A stretch of 23,579 nt of DNA from Bdellovibrionota bacterium (GCA_040754655.1 JBFMCE010000062.1:1-23579); one strand, 5' to 3'; counted from the stretch's first letter, positions 1-8,402 are shown. A program made the numbers and translations. The notes: generated from the letters alone by a model not told the origin.

Positions 1-167
1 TCGTCATGCCGTTGCTTTAAAATGACGTCGATGTTTGCCCACGCTCGTTCGGTCTGGTTTTTTAAGCTGACCAAGCTATTGTAAATATTGATTGCCACGG
101 CGACAAAAACCACCAAAAGCGCGACGGCAAACACGGTAACTCCAAGGGATAAAATATTAAGCTGCAT
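1..167 (-). CDS. lemA: LemA family protein, N-terminal part (runs off window edge; absent from ORF track)
   Basis: Manual translation from ATG 167: MQLNILSLGVTVFAVALLVVFVAVAINIYNSLVSLKNQTERAWANIDVILKQRHD. TM helix followed by the LemA pattern YN.LV.L.N....AW..ID..LK.R.D; SD AGGAG at 173-177. Confidence 0.9.
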   Translation of the reverse strand, partial: MQLNILSLGVTVFAVALLVVFVAVAINIYNSLVSLKNQTERAWANIDVILKQRHD

Positions 168-214
168 GGGTTCTCCTTCAAGCAAGGCTTTGAGGTCGTA
201 ATCAAGCAAACGAC

Positions 215-242
215 TTATCGGTGTTTCTTAGCCAAGGCTTTA
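215..242 (-). promoter_or_regulatory. possible sigma28 (FliA)-like promoter for lemA
   Basis: Minus strand TAAA(242-239)-N16-ACCGATAA(222-215) versus consensus TAAA-N15-GCCGATAA; spacer 1 nt long. Confidence 0.4.
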
Positions 243-276
243 GGGTTGTTTGGAGAAAATCGCTGTCTTTGAAATC

Positions 277-291
277 GGCATTCAAATTGCT
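277..291 (+). promoter_or_regulatory. sigma54 -24/-12 promoter for hemerythrin gene
   Basis: GGCATTCAAATTGCT = GG-N10-GC with GGCA and TTGCT, ~65 nt before ATG 356. Confidence 0.65.
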
Positions 292-355
292 TGATTCCAA
301 TGAACGGGCTTGTTTTTTTCATGCCGTTTAGACCCATTGCCGAAGGAGCGAGAAA

Positions 356-874
356 ATGCATCTTACGCAGACTCTTCAAGAAGATCATCACCGACTTGTC
401 GGATTATTTCGCCAATATGAAGCGGCCAGGATACGAACTCCTCAAATGAGGCCGGGCATCATTCGTGAGCTTATTATGGAATTACAGATCCATCACTGCT
501 TGATGCGAGAGATTCTTTGCCCCGAGCTTCGTTCGGTCTCAGTGCTTGAAGTCAAACCTGTGCTCGAAGAGTCGGCGCGAACGCAAGATGATATTGAAAT
601 GCTGCTCGATCAAGTTGCAAAGTCTGGCGACGATCCCGCTCGTCAAGACGAACTCTTGTTTGAGGTGATAGAAACGGCGCAGCGCCAGTTCGAAGTTGAA
701 CAACGCGTTTTATTTCCTGAAGCGGAAAGGAGGCTCGCCTCTTCGGCTGAAAAGATGAGGCTGGCTATGCAGGAGAGGAGAAAGGCGCTCTTGAAGGAAC
801 CTAAGTTCCGAGGAGCCCATCCAAAGCTCGTTCAAAACCCGTCGGGCGGGGAGCAAAGCCGCAAAGTGAGCTAA
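356..874 (+). CDS. hemerythrin/HHE-domain protein (degenerate metal ligands)
   Basis: L.EDH..L..LF, EL..H....EIL.P and E..LFP.AE helical pattern; SD AAGGAG upstream. Confidence 0.75.
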   Translation: MHLTQTLQEDHHRLVGLFRQYEAARIRTPQMRPGIIRELIMELQIHHCLMREILCPELRSVSVLEVKPVLEESARTQDDIEMLLDQVAKSGDDPARQDELLFEVIETAQRQFEVEQRVLFPEAERRLASSAEKMRLAMQERRKALLKEPKFRGAHPKLVQNPSGGEQSRKVS

Positions 875-881
875 AGTCGCG

Positions 882-1253
882 TTATCCGCAATACTGTTTG
901 ACGGTTTGCAAGAGAAGCGAAAGCTCAACGGGTTTCTTGATGAACTCTGTTGCGCTTTTCGGGCGTCGAATCGCGCTGTCGCTCACCGCGGAAACAACGA
1001 CTACCGGAATGGTGAGCATCACGTCATTTGCGTCTCTTGCCTTCAAAAACTCCCAGCCGTTCATCACTGGCATCATGAGATCAAGCAAGATCAAACAAGG
1101 ATGGCGCAGGCATTCAAGCTCTTCAATCGCTTCTTGGCCGTTTGTCACCGCTACAACATTGTAGCCTTCCATCTCGAGGACCATTGTTAAAGAGTCTCTG
1201 ATATCTTTATCGTCTTCGACAACCAGGATGCTATTGCACGTTTTGGATGGCAT
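882..1253 (-). CDS. single-domain CheY-like response regulator
   Basis: ILVVEDD, LLDLMMPVMNG (phosphoacceptor Asp), VSA, FIKKP. ATG 1253 preferred over TTG 1283, which lies inside the sigma54 box. Confidence 0.92.
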   Translation of the reverse strand: MPSKTCNSILVVEDDKDIRDSLTMVLEMEGYNVVAVTNGQEAIEELECLRHPCLILLDLMMPVMNGWEFLKARDANDVMLTIPVVVVSAVSDSAIRRPKSATEFIKKPVELSLLLQTVKQYCG

Positions 1254-1279
1254 TGTTTTTGTGCTCTGAGTTGGAATCT

Positions 1280-1293
1280 GCAATCCTCAGGCC
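1280..1293 (-). promoter_or_regulatory. sigma54 -24/-12 promoter for response regulator
   Basis: Minus strand GGCCTGAGGATTGC(A) = GG-N10-GC, ~27 nt before ATG 1253. Confidence 0.6.
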
Positions 1294-1363
1294 GCCAAGT
1301 GAAGGGGGTGTTATGGTTGTATTTAGTTGCATATAGTTTCATCTGGTGTATAACTAATTCACT

Positions 1364-2170
1364 ATGGCAAAAATGGCAAAATCCAAAGGCATTGAGAAAC
1401 ACGATTCCGTGGTTGAGACTGAGGCGGTTCAGACCGGCTCAGAGCTTGCGGTTGTGCAGGGGGGCGATCAAGCGAAGCTTTCAGTTGTGAAGGGCCTGAC
1501 GCGTGACCGCATTGAAGAGATGCGCAATCAGTTGGCTCTTCTTCAAGAGTTCGTCGCTAAGGTCATGATACGCGGGGAACACTACGGAATCATTCCCGGC
1601 ACCCAAAAACCCACCTTGCTTAAGGCTGGTGCGGAGTTTCTGCGAGAGGCTTACGGGTTCGAAGTGCGCTCGATATGCGTAGACAAGAAATTCATCCCCG
1701 CTGACGGGGAAGATCGTGAACGCGACTACGTCGAGTTCACTTATCGCGTCGAACTTTTTCAGAATGGCGTGAGCGTAGGCGTCTGCGAAGGATCGTGCAA
1801 TAACTACGAACGTCGCTATGAAAAGCTCAGCGCATTTTCGGTGATGAACACCATTCAAAAGATGGCTCAAAAGCGAGCTTATGTCGGCGCCGTGATTTCC
1901 GCGACCAGATCGAGCAATATCTTCACTCAAGACCTTGAAGACGAGCCTGAGTTGGTCACGAAAGCGATGGCTACGCCTAGCCAAGCAAAATTGATCTGGG
2001 CTCGCTTGAAAAATGAGCTTCAGTTGAATGATTTTGCGGCGCGCGACTTCATTGCAAAAACGGTTGGTAAAATGCACAGTCGCGATCTTACAGCTGGGGA
2101 CGTTCAAACTCTTCTCGACACCATTGATTCAAAAGTCCAAGAGCTGAAGAAAGAAGCCACTAGCGCCTAA
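1364..2170 (+). CDS. phage-type putative single-strand annealing/recombination protein with C-terminal small helical domain
   Basis: Motifs YGIIPGTQKPTLLKAGAE, GVCEGSCN, NTIQKMAQKRAYVGAV and IFTQDLED, recalled from phage recombination-module proteins; C-terminal ATPSQ...GK..SRDLT...LLD resembles GemA/DUF1018-like tails. Function is inference. Confidence 0.55.
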   Translation: MAKMAKSKGIEKHDSVVETEAVQTGSELAVVQGGDQAKLSVVKGLTRDRIEEMRNQLALLQEFVAKVMIRGEHYGIIPGTQKPTLLKAGAEFLREAYGFEVRSICVDKKFIPADGEDRERDYVEFTYRVELFQNGVSVGVCEGSCNNYERRYEKLSAFSVMNTIQKMAQKRAYVGAVISATRSSNIFTQDLEDEPELVTKAMATPSQAKLIWARLKNELQLNDFAARDFIAKTVGKMHSRDLTAGDVQTLLDTIDSKVQELKKEATSA

Positions 2171-2212
2171 AGCCTTCGTTCTTCAAGCTTGACCCGCATT
2201 CCTCAGAAAAAC

Positions 2213-2227
2213 GGCAGGAAAGTTGCA
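2213..2227 (+). promoter_or_regulatory. sigma54 -24/-12 promoter for CBS-aceB-aceA cluster
   Basis: GGCAGGAAAGTTGCA = GG-N10-GC; 13/14 identical to the box at 17745-17758. Confidence 0.7.
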
Positions 2228-2259
2228 CCTTGAGTCTGGCCAGAGAAAGAGGTGCAACA

Positions 2260-2697
2260 ATGCCTTTGCAAAACATCGTCGAAAAAAAAATGATCACATG
2301 CGCGCCCGAGTTTGATGTTCGCCGCGTGGCAAAACTCATGGCTGTCGAGAATGTCGGCGCCGTGCTGGTCGTTGAAAACGGCATTCCCGTGGGAATGGTC
2401 ACTGATCGTGATCTCGTTTTGAGATGCGTTTCCGATGACCACGACTGTTCAAACGTATTGGTGCGGGATGTAATGACTCCTGAGGTCGTCAAAGTCAGGG
2501 GGGATGAAGGGATCCAAAACGTCATCGACGTCATGAAAGAAAAAGAAGTGCGACGAGTCGTTGTAGTTGATGACCGCGACACCCCGGTGGGGATGGTCTC
2601 GTTCGGGGATCTCGTCGGCCTGTTGGCGAGCGAACTCAATGCGTTGGCACAGGCTACTTCTCTGGAAAAAGTAGAATCGATCGCGAAAGTCGCCTGA
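2260..2697 (+). CDS. CBS-pair domain protein
   Basis: GAVLVVE.G.PVGMVTDRDL, VRDVMT, VRRVVVVD...VGMVS.GDL; ATG 2260 follows AGAGG. Confidence 0.92.
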   Translation: MPLQNIVEKKMITCAPEFDVRRVAKLMAVENVGAVLVVENGIPVGMVTDRDLVLRCVSDDHDCSNVLVRDVMTPEVVKVRGDEGIQNVIDVMKEKEVRRVVVVDDRDTPVGMVSFGDLVGLLASELNALAQATSLEKVESIAKVA

Positions 2698-2709
2698 GAA
2701 ATCTCGATT

Positions 2710-4245
2710 ATGACGGACGAAATCCTGACTCAAGAGGCTAGAAACTTCTTGGATGACCTGCACAGGCGCTTTGATCCTAGCCGGTTGTCATTGTTGCAAC
2801 AACGAGAACGCAAGGCGGAAGAACTGGCAAGGTCGGGGGGGCGCTTTGCTTTCTTGCCCGAAACCGAGAGCATTCGTTCATCAAATTGGCAAGTTCCGGA
2901 GGCGCCACGCGACTTGGTTGATCGGCGCGTCGAGATAACCGGTCCTGCTGAAAGACGAATGATGATCAATGGGTTGAATTCCGGCGCCAACGTCTTCATG
3001 GCTGACTTCGAAGATTCTTTGGCTCCGACGTGGCTCAATGTCATTGAGGGTCAAAAGGCTTTGTTTGAAGCCGTTCGCCGGACGCTCGAGTTTCGCTCAC
3101 CGGGAGGAAAACATTATAAACTCAACACATTGATATCGACCTTGGTTGTGCGCCCGCGAGGCTGGCACTTGATCGAGAAGCATTATCTCGTCGATGGCAA
3201 ACCGATCTCGGCATCGCTTTTTGATTTTGGCCTGTATTTCTTCCACAACGCTCAAGCATTGATGGAGAGGGATACGGGCCCATATTTTTATCTTCCGAAA
3301 ATGGAAAGCCACCTTGAGGCCAGGCTGTGGCGCGAAGTCTTCGATTTTTCCGAAGACGCTCTGGGCCTGAAGAGAGGGTCGATCCGAGCAACGGTTTTGA
3401 TTGAGACCTTGCCGGCCGTTTTTGAAATGGATGAGATCCTTTTCGAGCTTAGAGAGCACGCCCTGGGTTTGAATGCCGGACGGTGGGATTACATCTTCAG
3501 CGCGATCAAAAAGCTTGGCCCTTCAAGCGATTTCATCTTTCCCGATCGCGGCCAGATCCAGATGACCGTTCCATTTCTGCGCGCATACACGGACGCTATC
3601 ATTGAAGCCTGTCATCGTAGGGGCGCTCATGCGATTGGGGGCATGGCCGCATTCGTTCCCAGCCGTAAAAGCCCTGAGTTCAATGAGCGCGCGCTTGAAC
3701 GGGTGCGAGAGGACAAACTGCGTGAAGCTCGTGACGGTTTTGACGGAACCTGGGTAGCGCACCCTGATCTGGTGCCTGTGGCAATGCAGGTGTTCGATGA
3801 ATTTTTAAAAGATAAGCCTAATCAAATTCAAATCAAGCCTCGTTCGAGGCAAATCCGTGAGTCTGACCTCACCAACTTTCAAATCACAGGCGGAAAGCTC
3901 ACTGAACAGGGTGTTCGAAGCAATATCAGCGTCGCGCTCCAGTACCTCGAACATTGGCTGAAGGGGACTGGGGCTGTCGCGATCTCGAATTTAATGGAAG
4001 ACGTCGCTACGGCCGAGATCGCCAGGGCGCAGCTTTGGCAATGGGTCTATCGACGCGCAGTCACGGCAGAAGGCCATGAGGTGACGCCAAGCTTTTTCCA
4101 AAGCTTGCGAGAGCAAGAGGTCGATAAATTGAAGTTGGAAGGGTTGGGGGACTTCAGACGAGCTTCTGAGATCCTAGATGGTCTTGTATTGAATGAAAGT
4201 TGCGCGGAATTTCTGACAGTTCCCGCGTACCGTTACATCGATTGA
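2710..4245 (+). CDS. aceB: malate synthase A
   Basis: [71 protein letters not shown]. Confidence 0.97.
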   Translation: MTDEILTQEARNFLDDLHRRFDPSRLSLLQQRERKAEELARSGGRFAFLPETESIRSSNWQVPEAPRDLVDRRVEITGPAERRMMINGLNSGANVFMADFEDSLAPTWLNVIEGQKALFEAVRRTLEFRSPGGKHYKLNTLISTLVVRPRGWHLIEKHYLVDGKPISASLFDFGLYFFHNAQALMERDTGPYFYLPKMESHLEARLWREVFDFSEDALGLKRGSIRATVLIETLPAVFEMDEILFELREHALGLNAGRWDYIFSAIKKLGPSSDFIFPDRGQIQMTVPFLRAYTDAIIEACHRRGAHAIGGMAAFVPSRKSPEFNERALERVREDKLREARDGFDGTWVAHPDLVPVAMQVFDEFLKDKPNQIQIKPRSRQIRESDLTNFQITGGKLTEQGVRSNISVALQYLEHWLKGTGAVAISNLMEDVATAEIARAQLWQWVYRRAVTAEGHEVTPSFFQSLREQEVDKLKLEGLGDFRRASEILDGLVLNESCAEFLTVPAYRYID

Positions 4246-4264
4246 GCCAAAGGGGGAGATAGTC

Positions 4265-5578
4265 ATGACGAACAAAACTCGGGTAGAGGCGGATCGTTTA
4301 AGCGCAAGATGGAGTGAAGACGCGCGTTGGAATGGCGTCAAACGAGATTACAGCGCTGAAGACGTCTTGAAATTGAGACCCTCGATTCAGATCGAGCACA
4401 CGCTTGCCCGTCGCGGATCCGAGAAGCTTTGGGAGCTTTTGCATCGAGAGCCCTATCTCACCTCTCTCGGGGCGTTGAGTGGCGCTCAGGCCGTTCAGAT
4501 GGTGAAGGCGGGGCTGAAGGCGATCTACATGAGCGGGTGGCAGGTTGCCGCCGACGCGAACCTTGCGGGTCAAACCTATCCGGATCAAAGCTTGTATCCC
4601 TCGAATAGCGTGCCCGCGCTGGTGCGTCGTTTGAACAATGCTTTAGCGCGCGCAGATCAGATCCACTCGGTCGAAGAAAGCAGAGAGACGGATTGGTATG
4701 TTCCGATCATTGCTGATGCTGAAGCCGGTTTTGGCGGGCCTTTGCATGCATTCGAGTTGATGAAGGCAATGATTGACGCGGGTGCAAGTGGCGTGCACTT
4801 TGAGGACCAGCTTGCCTCTGAGAAAAAATGCGGACACCTTGGCGGAAAAGTCCTGGTGCCTACGTCTCAGTTCGTTCGCGTGCTCAGCGCCGCGCGTTTG
4901 GCCTCAGACGTGCTTGATATCCCAAGCGTGTTGATCGCGCGCACCGATGCGCTCAGCGCGACCTACATGACCTCTGATATTGACCCGTATGACCGTGAGT
5001 TCCTCACCGGCGAACGCACACCGGAAGGGTACTTTAAGGTTAAAAATGGGATGGACATCACCATTTCTCGCGGCTTGAGTTTTGCCCCCTATGCCGATCT
5101 TCTTTGGTTTGAAACTTCGAAACCAGACTTGAACCAGGCGAGGCAGTTTGCTGAAGCGATCCATCGGGTCTATCCAAAGAAACTTTTGGCTTACAATTGT
5201 TCACCTTCCTTCAATTGGGAAAAACATCTTGATGCAAAGACGATCGAAAAGTTCTGTCGAGAGCTCGGTGCAATGGGGTACAAATACCAATTCATTACGT
5301 TGGCGGGCTGGCATTTGTTGAACTACTACAGCTTTGAGCTCGCTAAGGCATTTCATGAAGAAGGCATGCCTGCTTACGTTCGTTTGCAGAGCAAAGAGTT
5401 TGGAAGCGAATCTCTGGGATATACGGCGACGCGCCATCAGCGCGAGGTAGGAACGGGATACTTCGACCAGGTCCTTTCGGTCGTCAGCAGAGGCTGCGCC
5501 AGCACGGGGGCTTTGGCGGGATCTACCGAGTCCGAGCAGTTCTATAACGATGAAATGGCACGACGTTTGCCAGCTTAG
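4265..5578 (+). CDS. aceA: isocitrate lyase
   Basis: Catalytic [66 protein letters not shown]. Confidence 0.98.
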   Translation: MTNKTRVEADRLSARWSEDARWNGVKRDYSAEDVLKLRPSIQIEHTLARRGSEKLWELLHREPYLTSLGALSGAQAVQMVKAGLKAIYMSGWQVAADANLAGQTYPDQSLYPSNSVPALVRRLNNALARADQIHSVEESRETDWYVPIIADAEAGFGGPLHAFELMKAMIDAGASGVHFEDQLASEKKCGHLGGKVLVPTSQFVRVLSAARLASDVLDIPSVLIARTDALSATYMTSDIDPYDREFLTGERTPEGYFKVKNGMDITISRGLSFAPYADLLWFETSKPDLNQARQFAEAIHRVYPKKLLAYNCSPSFNWEKHLDAKTIEKFCRELGAMGYKYQFITLAGWHLLNYYSFELAKAFHEEGMPAYVRLQSKEFGSESLGYTATRHQREVGTGYFDQVLSVVSRGCASTGALAGSTESEQFYNDEMARRLPA

Positions 5579-5585
5579 GTGCGCT

Positions 5586-6482
5586 ATGGATCAAACATTA
5601 GAAAAATTCGTGCATCGAAAGGTGATCGTCTTGCATCCAGATTCGACGGCAATGCAGGCCGCTCGGGCAATGTGTGACAATCACGTGGGTTGTGTCGTCA
5701 TTGCAGACCATGACGGCCAGGTGAGCGGCATTTTGACCGACCGAGATCTCGTATGCAATGCACTTGCTTACAACTTGAAATCGGAAACCCGGCTTTCAGA
5801 GGTGATGACGCCTGAACCGGTGACATTAGATGAATCCGCGTCTCTGAAAGAGGCAATTGATCTGATGTTGAAGAACGGGATCCGCAGGATTCCGATCACG
5901 CATACTTTGATCAATCAAAAGAAAAAGTGCGTCGGTCTGGTCACTTTAGACGAGTTGATCACACGAAAGTTGATCGAACCTGAGTCGCTTACGCGCATCG
6001 TGCAAGAGCAGGTCAAAGACTTCGCTGAAAAGTTTCAGGCAGGCGGTGAGCGTTCGGAGGAACGTTCGGCGGCTCACACCGAGCAGACCGAGCACCGATT
6101 CTACAACGTGATTCGCGAGAAAGTGCATCTTCAAGAAAGCTTCGTCCAGCCGATCACGAAGTTTCTCTTGCACTCGATCGTCGAACGGATGCACTACAGC
6201 GCCGCTGCCAAGCTGATCTCACAGCTTCCTGCGAATTTGCAGGATGAGTTGCTCGATTTGCCTGCAGGCCCGAATCGGTCGATCACCTCGAGGTTTTTGC
6301 TGACTGAGCTCACCAAGACCTACAATTTCAGCGAAGAATCCGCCCGAGCGGTGTTGCAGAACTTCTGGCACGCACTTGAGACGTTGGTTGATCAACCTGA
6401 GCTGCGGCACGTGTTCGACCAGCTGCCAGAAGACTTGAAAGCGGTGTTTGCGCATTCAGGAAGAAAATCAGACGCGGCGTAG
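5586..6482 (+). CDS. CBS-pair plus C-terminal DUF2267-like protein
   Basis: N-terminal GILTDRDL and GIRRIPI; C-terminal AAKLISQLP.NL and HVFDQLPEDLKAVF pattern of DUF2267. ATG 5586 preferred because it avoids overlap with aceA. Confidence 0.82.
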   Translation: MDQTLEKFVHRKVIVLHPDSTAMQAARAMCDNHVGCVVIADHDGQVSGILTDRDLVCNALAYNLKSETRLSEVMTPEPVTLDESASLKEAIDLMLKNGIRRIPITHTLINQKKKCVGLVTLDELITRKLIEPESLTRIVQEQVKDFAEKFQAGGERSEERSAAHTEQTEHRFYNVIREKVHLQESFVQPITKFLLHSIVERMHYSAAAKLISQLPANLQDELLDLPAGPNRSITSRFLLTELTKTYNFSEESARAVLQNFWHALETLVDQPELRHVFDQLPEDLKAVFAHSGRKSDAA

Positions 6483-6595
6483 GTAGAGCAAGGTTGAGGT
6501 TTTTAGACTTCATTTGTGGCATAGCGGCGGCATGGTATTTTATGCACTCGCTAGAAGCTTGGTTTTGCCTTGCCGTTCTTTGTAGAACAACAGCT

Positions 6596-7318
6596 CTACG
6601 GTTTGAGATGCCGCGAACACACGGCAATACCGTCTTTATTTATATTCTCTTTCTCGCCAAATACTATTCGCACAAGCCCTCGGTCTGAGAGGTCAAAGCG
6701 GTTCTTGCCGGCTGAGTCTATAAAGATTGTTTCATATTCAATATAGGGATATCGATATGGCGGGTCTGAGTTTCGCAAAACCAAGCCAAGTTGACTTGCA
6801 ATCAGAGTGTCTTGGAGCGGGACCTCAAAAAAACCTGACCTCTTTAGCTTTATGCGCATGCGATTCATGAATTCATAAAAAATCATGTAGCGTTTCACGT
6901 TAGGAAGATCGGGTTCAATGATGAGTCGAAAATTAGATTGATAAGGATCACGACTTAGGTCTGAAGTAGTCAGAACGTAACCAAGGGTGATTCCCGTTTT
7001 AGAGATGGCAACTAAGCCGTTGTAGTAGGGTTCTTCATGTAATTTTGGATTTTCTCTCGAATCAAATCCGATCGTATTGTTTCTAGTAAAATCTCCCGGT
7101 GACCATGGCTGAAAACGCTCATACTTTTCCTTGACCCGCTCTTCCAGCTCTGCTGCGCCGAGTGTTCTTAAGGAGGTAGAGCTATCTTGGCCCCAAAACT
7201 CGACCGTAAAGTCTCGACCTCTGTTGTTGTGGAAGTCGCTCCCCTGAGGTTGATCGGCGGCAAACGAGAGGTCGGTCACGTGGGGACTGGTTAGAAGTAT
7301 AAGTAAAATTTTTTTCAT
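6596..7318 (-). CDS. hypothetical secreted protein
   Basis: 240-aa ORF with MKKILLILL...SFA signal-like N-terminus; visibly AT-richer than its neighbours; no family recognised. Confidence 0.65.
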   Translation of the reverse strand: MKKILLILLTSPHVTDLSFAADQPQGSDFHNNRGRDFTVEFWGQDSSTSLRTLGAAELEERVKEKYERFQPWSPGDFTRNNTIGFDSRENPKLHEEPYYNGLVAISKTGITLGYVLTTSDLSRDPYQSNFRLIIEPDLPNVKRYMIFYEFMNRMRIKLKRSGFFEVPLQDTLIASQLGLVLRNSDPPYRYPYIEYETIFIDSAGKNRFDLSDRGLVRIVFGEKENINKDGIAVCSRHLKP

Positions 7319-7426
7319 AAAGTGCTTCTCTTAAATAGGGCCTTGAATCTATTAGGAGGCTGCCGTGATTTATTGGAGATCAGATTTCTCGTCAATGATC
7401 TTATTAATAAAATTAGTTTATGGATT

Positions 7427-8242
7427 AGGTCTTTTTTTAAAAAATCCCGCACTCAGCGTAGACGCATTTTCTAGACTTACCCGAACCCTTTCGCTGCGCG
7501 ATTCCACGCAAGGATGAATCTGGCTTGGTCTCGTTTGTAGCCATAACCTTCAAGCGTGTTGATGCGGATGTAATCTTTCAGGTTCAGCAGTGCCTGAAAG
7601 CTCTGCACGATTCTTGTGTAAGGCCGGTAATCCCAGAATCTGAGCTTTTGTTTTTGAGGAGAAGCCTGCGCTGTGGAATCAGTAGCAGTCGCTCGCCTTG
7701 AGTTTGATGCTGCTCCTGCCACTGCCGCTGTTGCCTGAGGCTGGGCTTTTGTCATTGAAGTGCCCTTGGCCACTGCCACCGCTCTTGCTGCTTTCACAGG
7801 TCTTGTCCACCTGCTCGTACCCGTCACCGCCATCGCAATGGCTGAGGTGAGAGCTCGAATAAAGGGCCGGTAAGTAAATCGATTGCCGAGTTTTAAATGA
7901 AAGTGCAGATGGTTTCCGACATTGGCCACGGAATAAACTTTCACACCGTATTTTGCCGCAAACTTTGAGGTGAGTTGTTTGATCTTTGCTGCATGCTTGG
8001 GGCGGGTAAACGACCACTCTTCGGTAGCTTTTGAGGAGCGAAGCACCAGGTGCATGCTCTCTCTTGTCGCCAGAGGACGAGAGCCCTTGCGGCCTTTGCG
8101 GGTCTTCATCAGCTCACCGCCATAGGCGCTCTTTTGATTTTTCAACAGTTTGAGTTGTTTCATGCGAGAGGGGTTCAATTTATGTGAACGATGGTATAAA
8201 AGCAACCGAAAACGCTGCACTTGATTTTTAAAAATAAGACCT
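7427..8242 (-). mobile_element. putative ~816-bp Y1-HUH element bounded by 20-bp imperfect inverted repeats
   Basis: 7427-7446 AGGTCTTTTTTTAAAAAATC versus reverse complement of 8223-8242 AGGTCTTATTTTTAAAAATC, 18/20 identical, closely enclosing the transposase; no target-site duplication visible. Confidence 0.5.
7477..8163 (-). CDS. HUH/Y1 tyrosine transposase (RAYT / IS200-TnpA-like)
   Basis: HLVLR, VGNHLH (HUH motif), FWDYRPYTRIV, YIRIN (catalytic Tyr); ~50-aa Ala-rich insertion; ATG 8163 is the likely start. Confidence 0.8.
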   Translation of the reverse strand: MKQLKLLKNQKSAYGGELMKTRKGRKGSRPLATRESMHLVLRSSKATEEWSFTRPKHAAKIKQLTSKFAAKYGVKVYSVANVGNHLHFHLKLGNRFTYRPFIRALTSAIAMAVTGTSRWTRPVKAARAVAVAKGTSMTKAQPQATAAVAGAASNSRRATATDSTAQASPQKQKLRFWDYRPYTRIVQSFQALLNLKDYIRINTLEGYGYKRDQARFILAWNRAAKGFG

Positions 8243-8359
8243 CAAAAAAAATTGAGCTTTTCAATTGTGCCAAAGACGCGCCGACGGGCACGATATAAGA
8301 GCGTTTCAAGCCTGAACCAGCTCTCAGGCGGTTTGAAATTAGAGATTCAAGGAGCGACA

Positions 8360-8392
8360 ATGGGCAAGTGCGATCCCCTATTAAAAAAATAA
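8360..8392 (+). CDS. candidate micro-ORF MGKCDPLLKK (or 3' remnant of a disrupted gene)
   Basis: SD AAGGAG 8349-8354, ATG 8360, TAA 8390-8392; the frame is also open upstream to 8225. Confidence 0.35.
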   Translation: MGKCDPLLKK

Positions 8393-8402
8393 CCCGCCGC
8401 TC

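Noticed and set aside
1481..2107. 208-aa minus-strand ORF and the many other antisense or nested ORFs (e.g. 2160-2639, 14272-14721, 15870-16283, 21783-22331)
   Set aside because: They shadow well-supported genes and show no motifs or SD.
6494..6688. 64-aa plus-strand ORF
   Set aside because: TTG start, overlaps the 3' end of 6596-7318 by 93 nt, no recognisable features.
8202..8215. sigma54-like box upstream of the transposase (GCGTTTTCGGTTGC)
   Set aside because: GC rather than the invariant GG at -24.
8221..8225. TTGAT, the ISDra2-type target motif
   Set aside because: Lies inside the proposed end and on the wrong strand; 5-mers are frequent.
8175..8360. 61-aa minus-strand ORF and the TTG 8220 extension of the transposase
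   Set aside because: They cross the inverted repeat or promoter zone without SD; ATG 8163 is more plausible.
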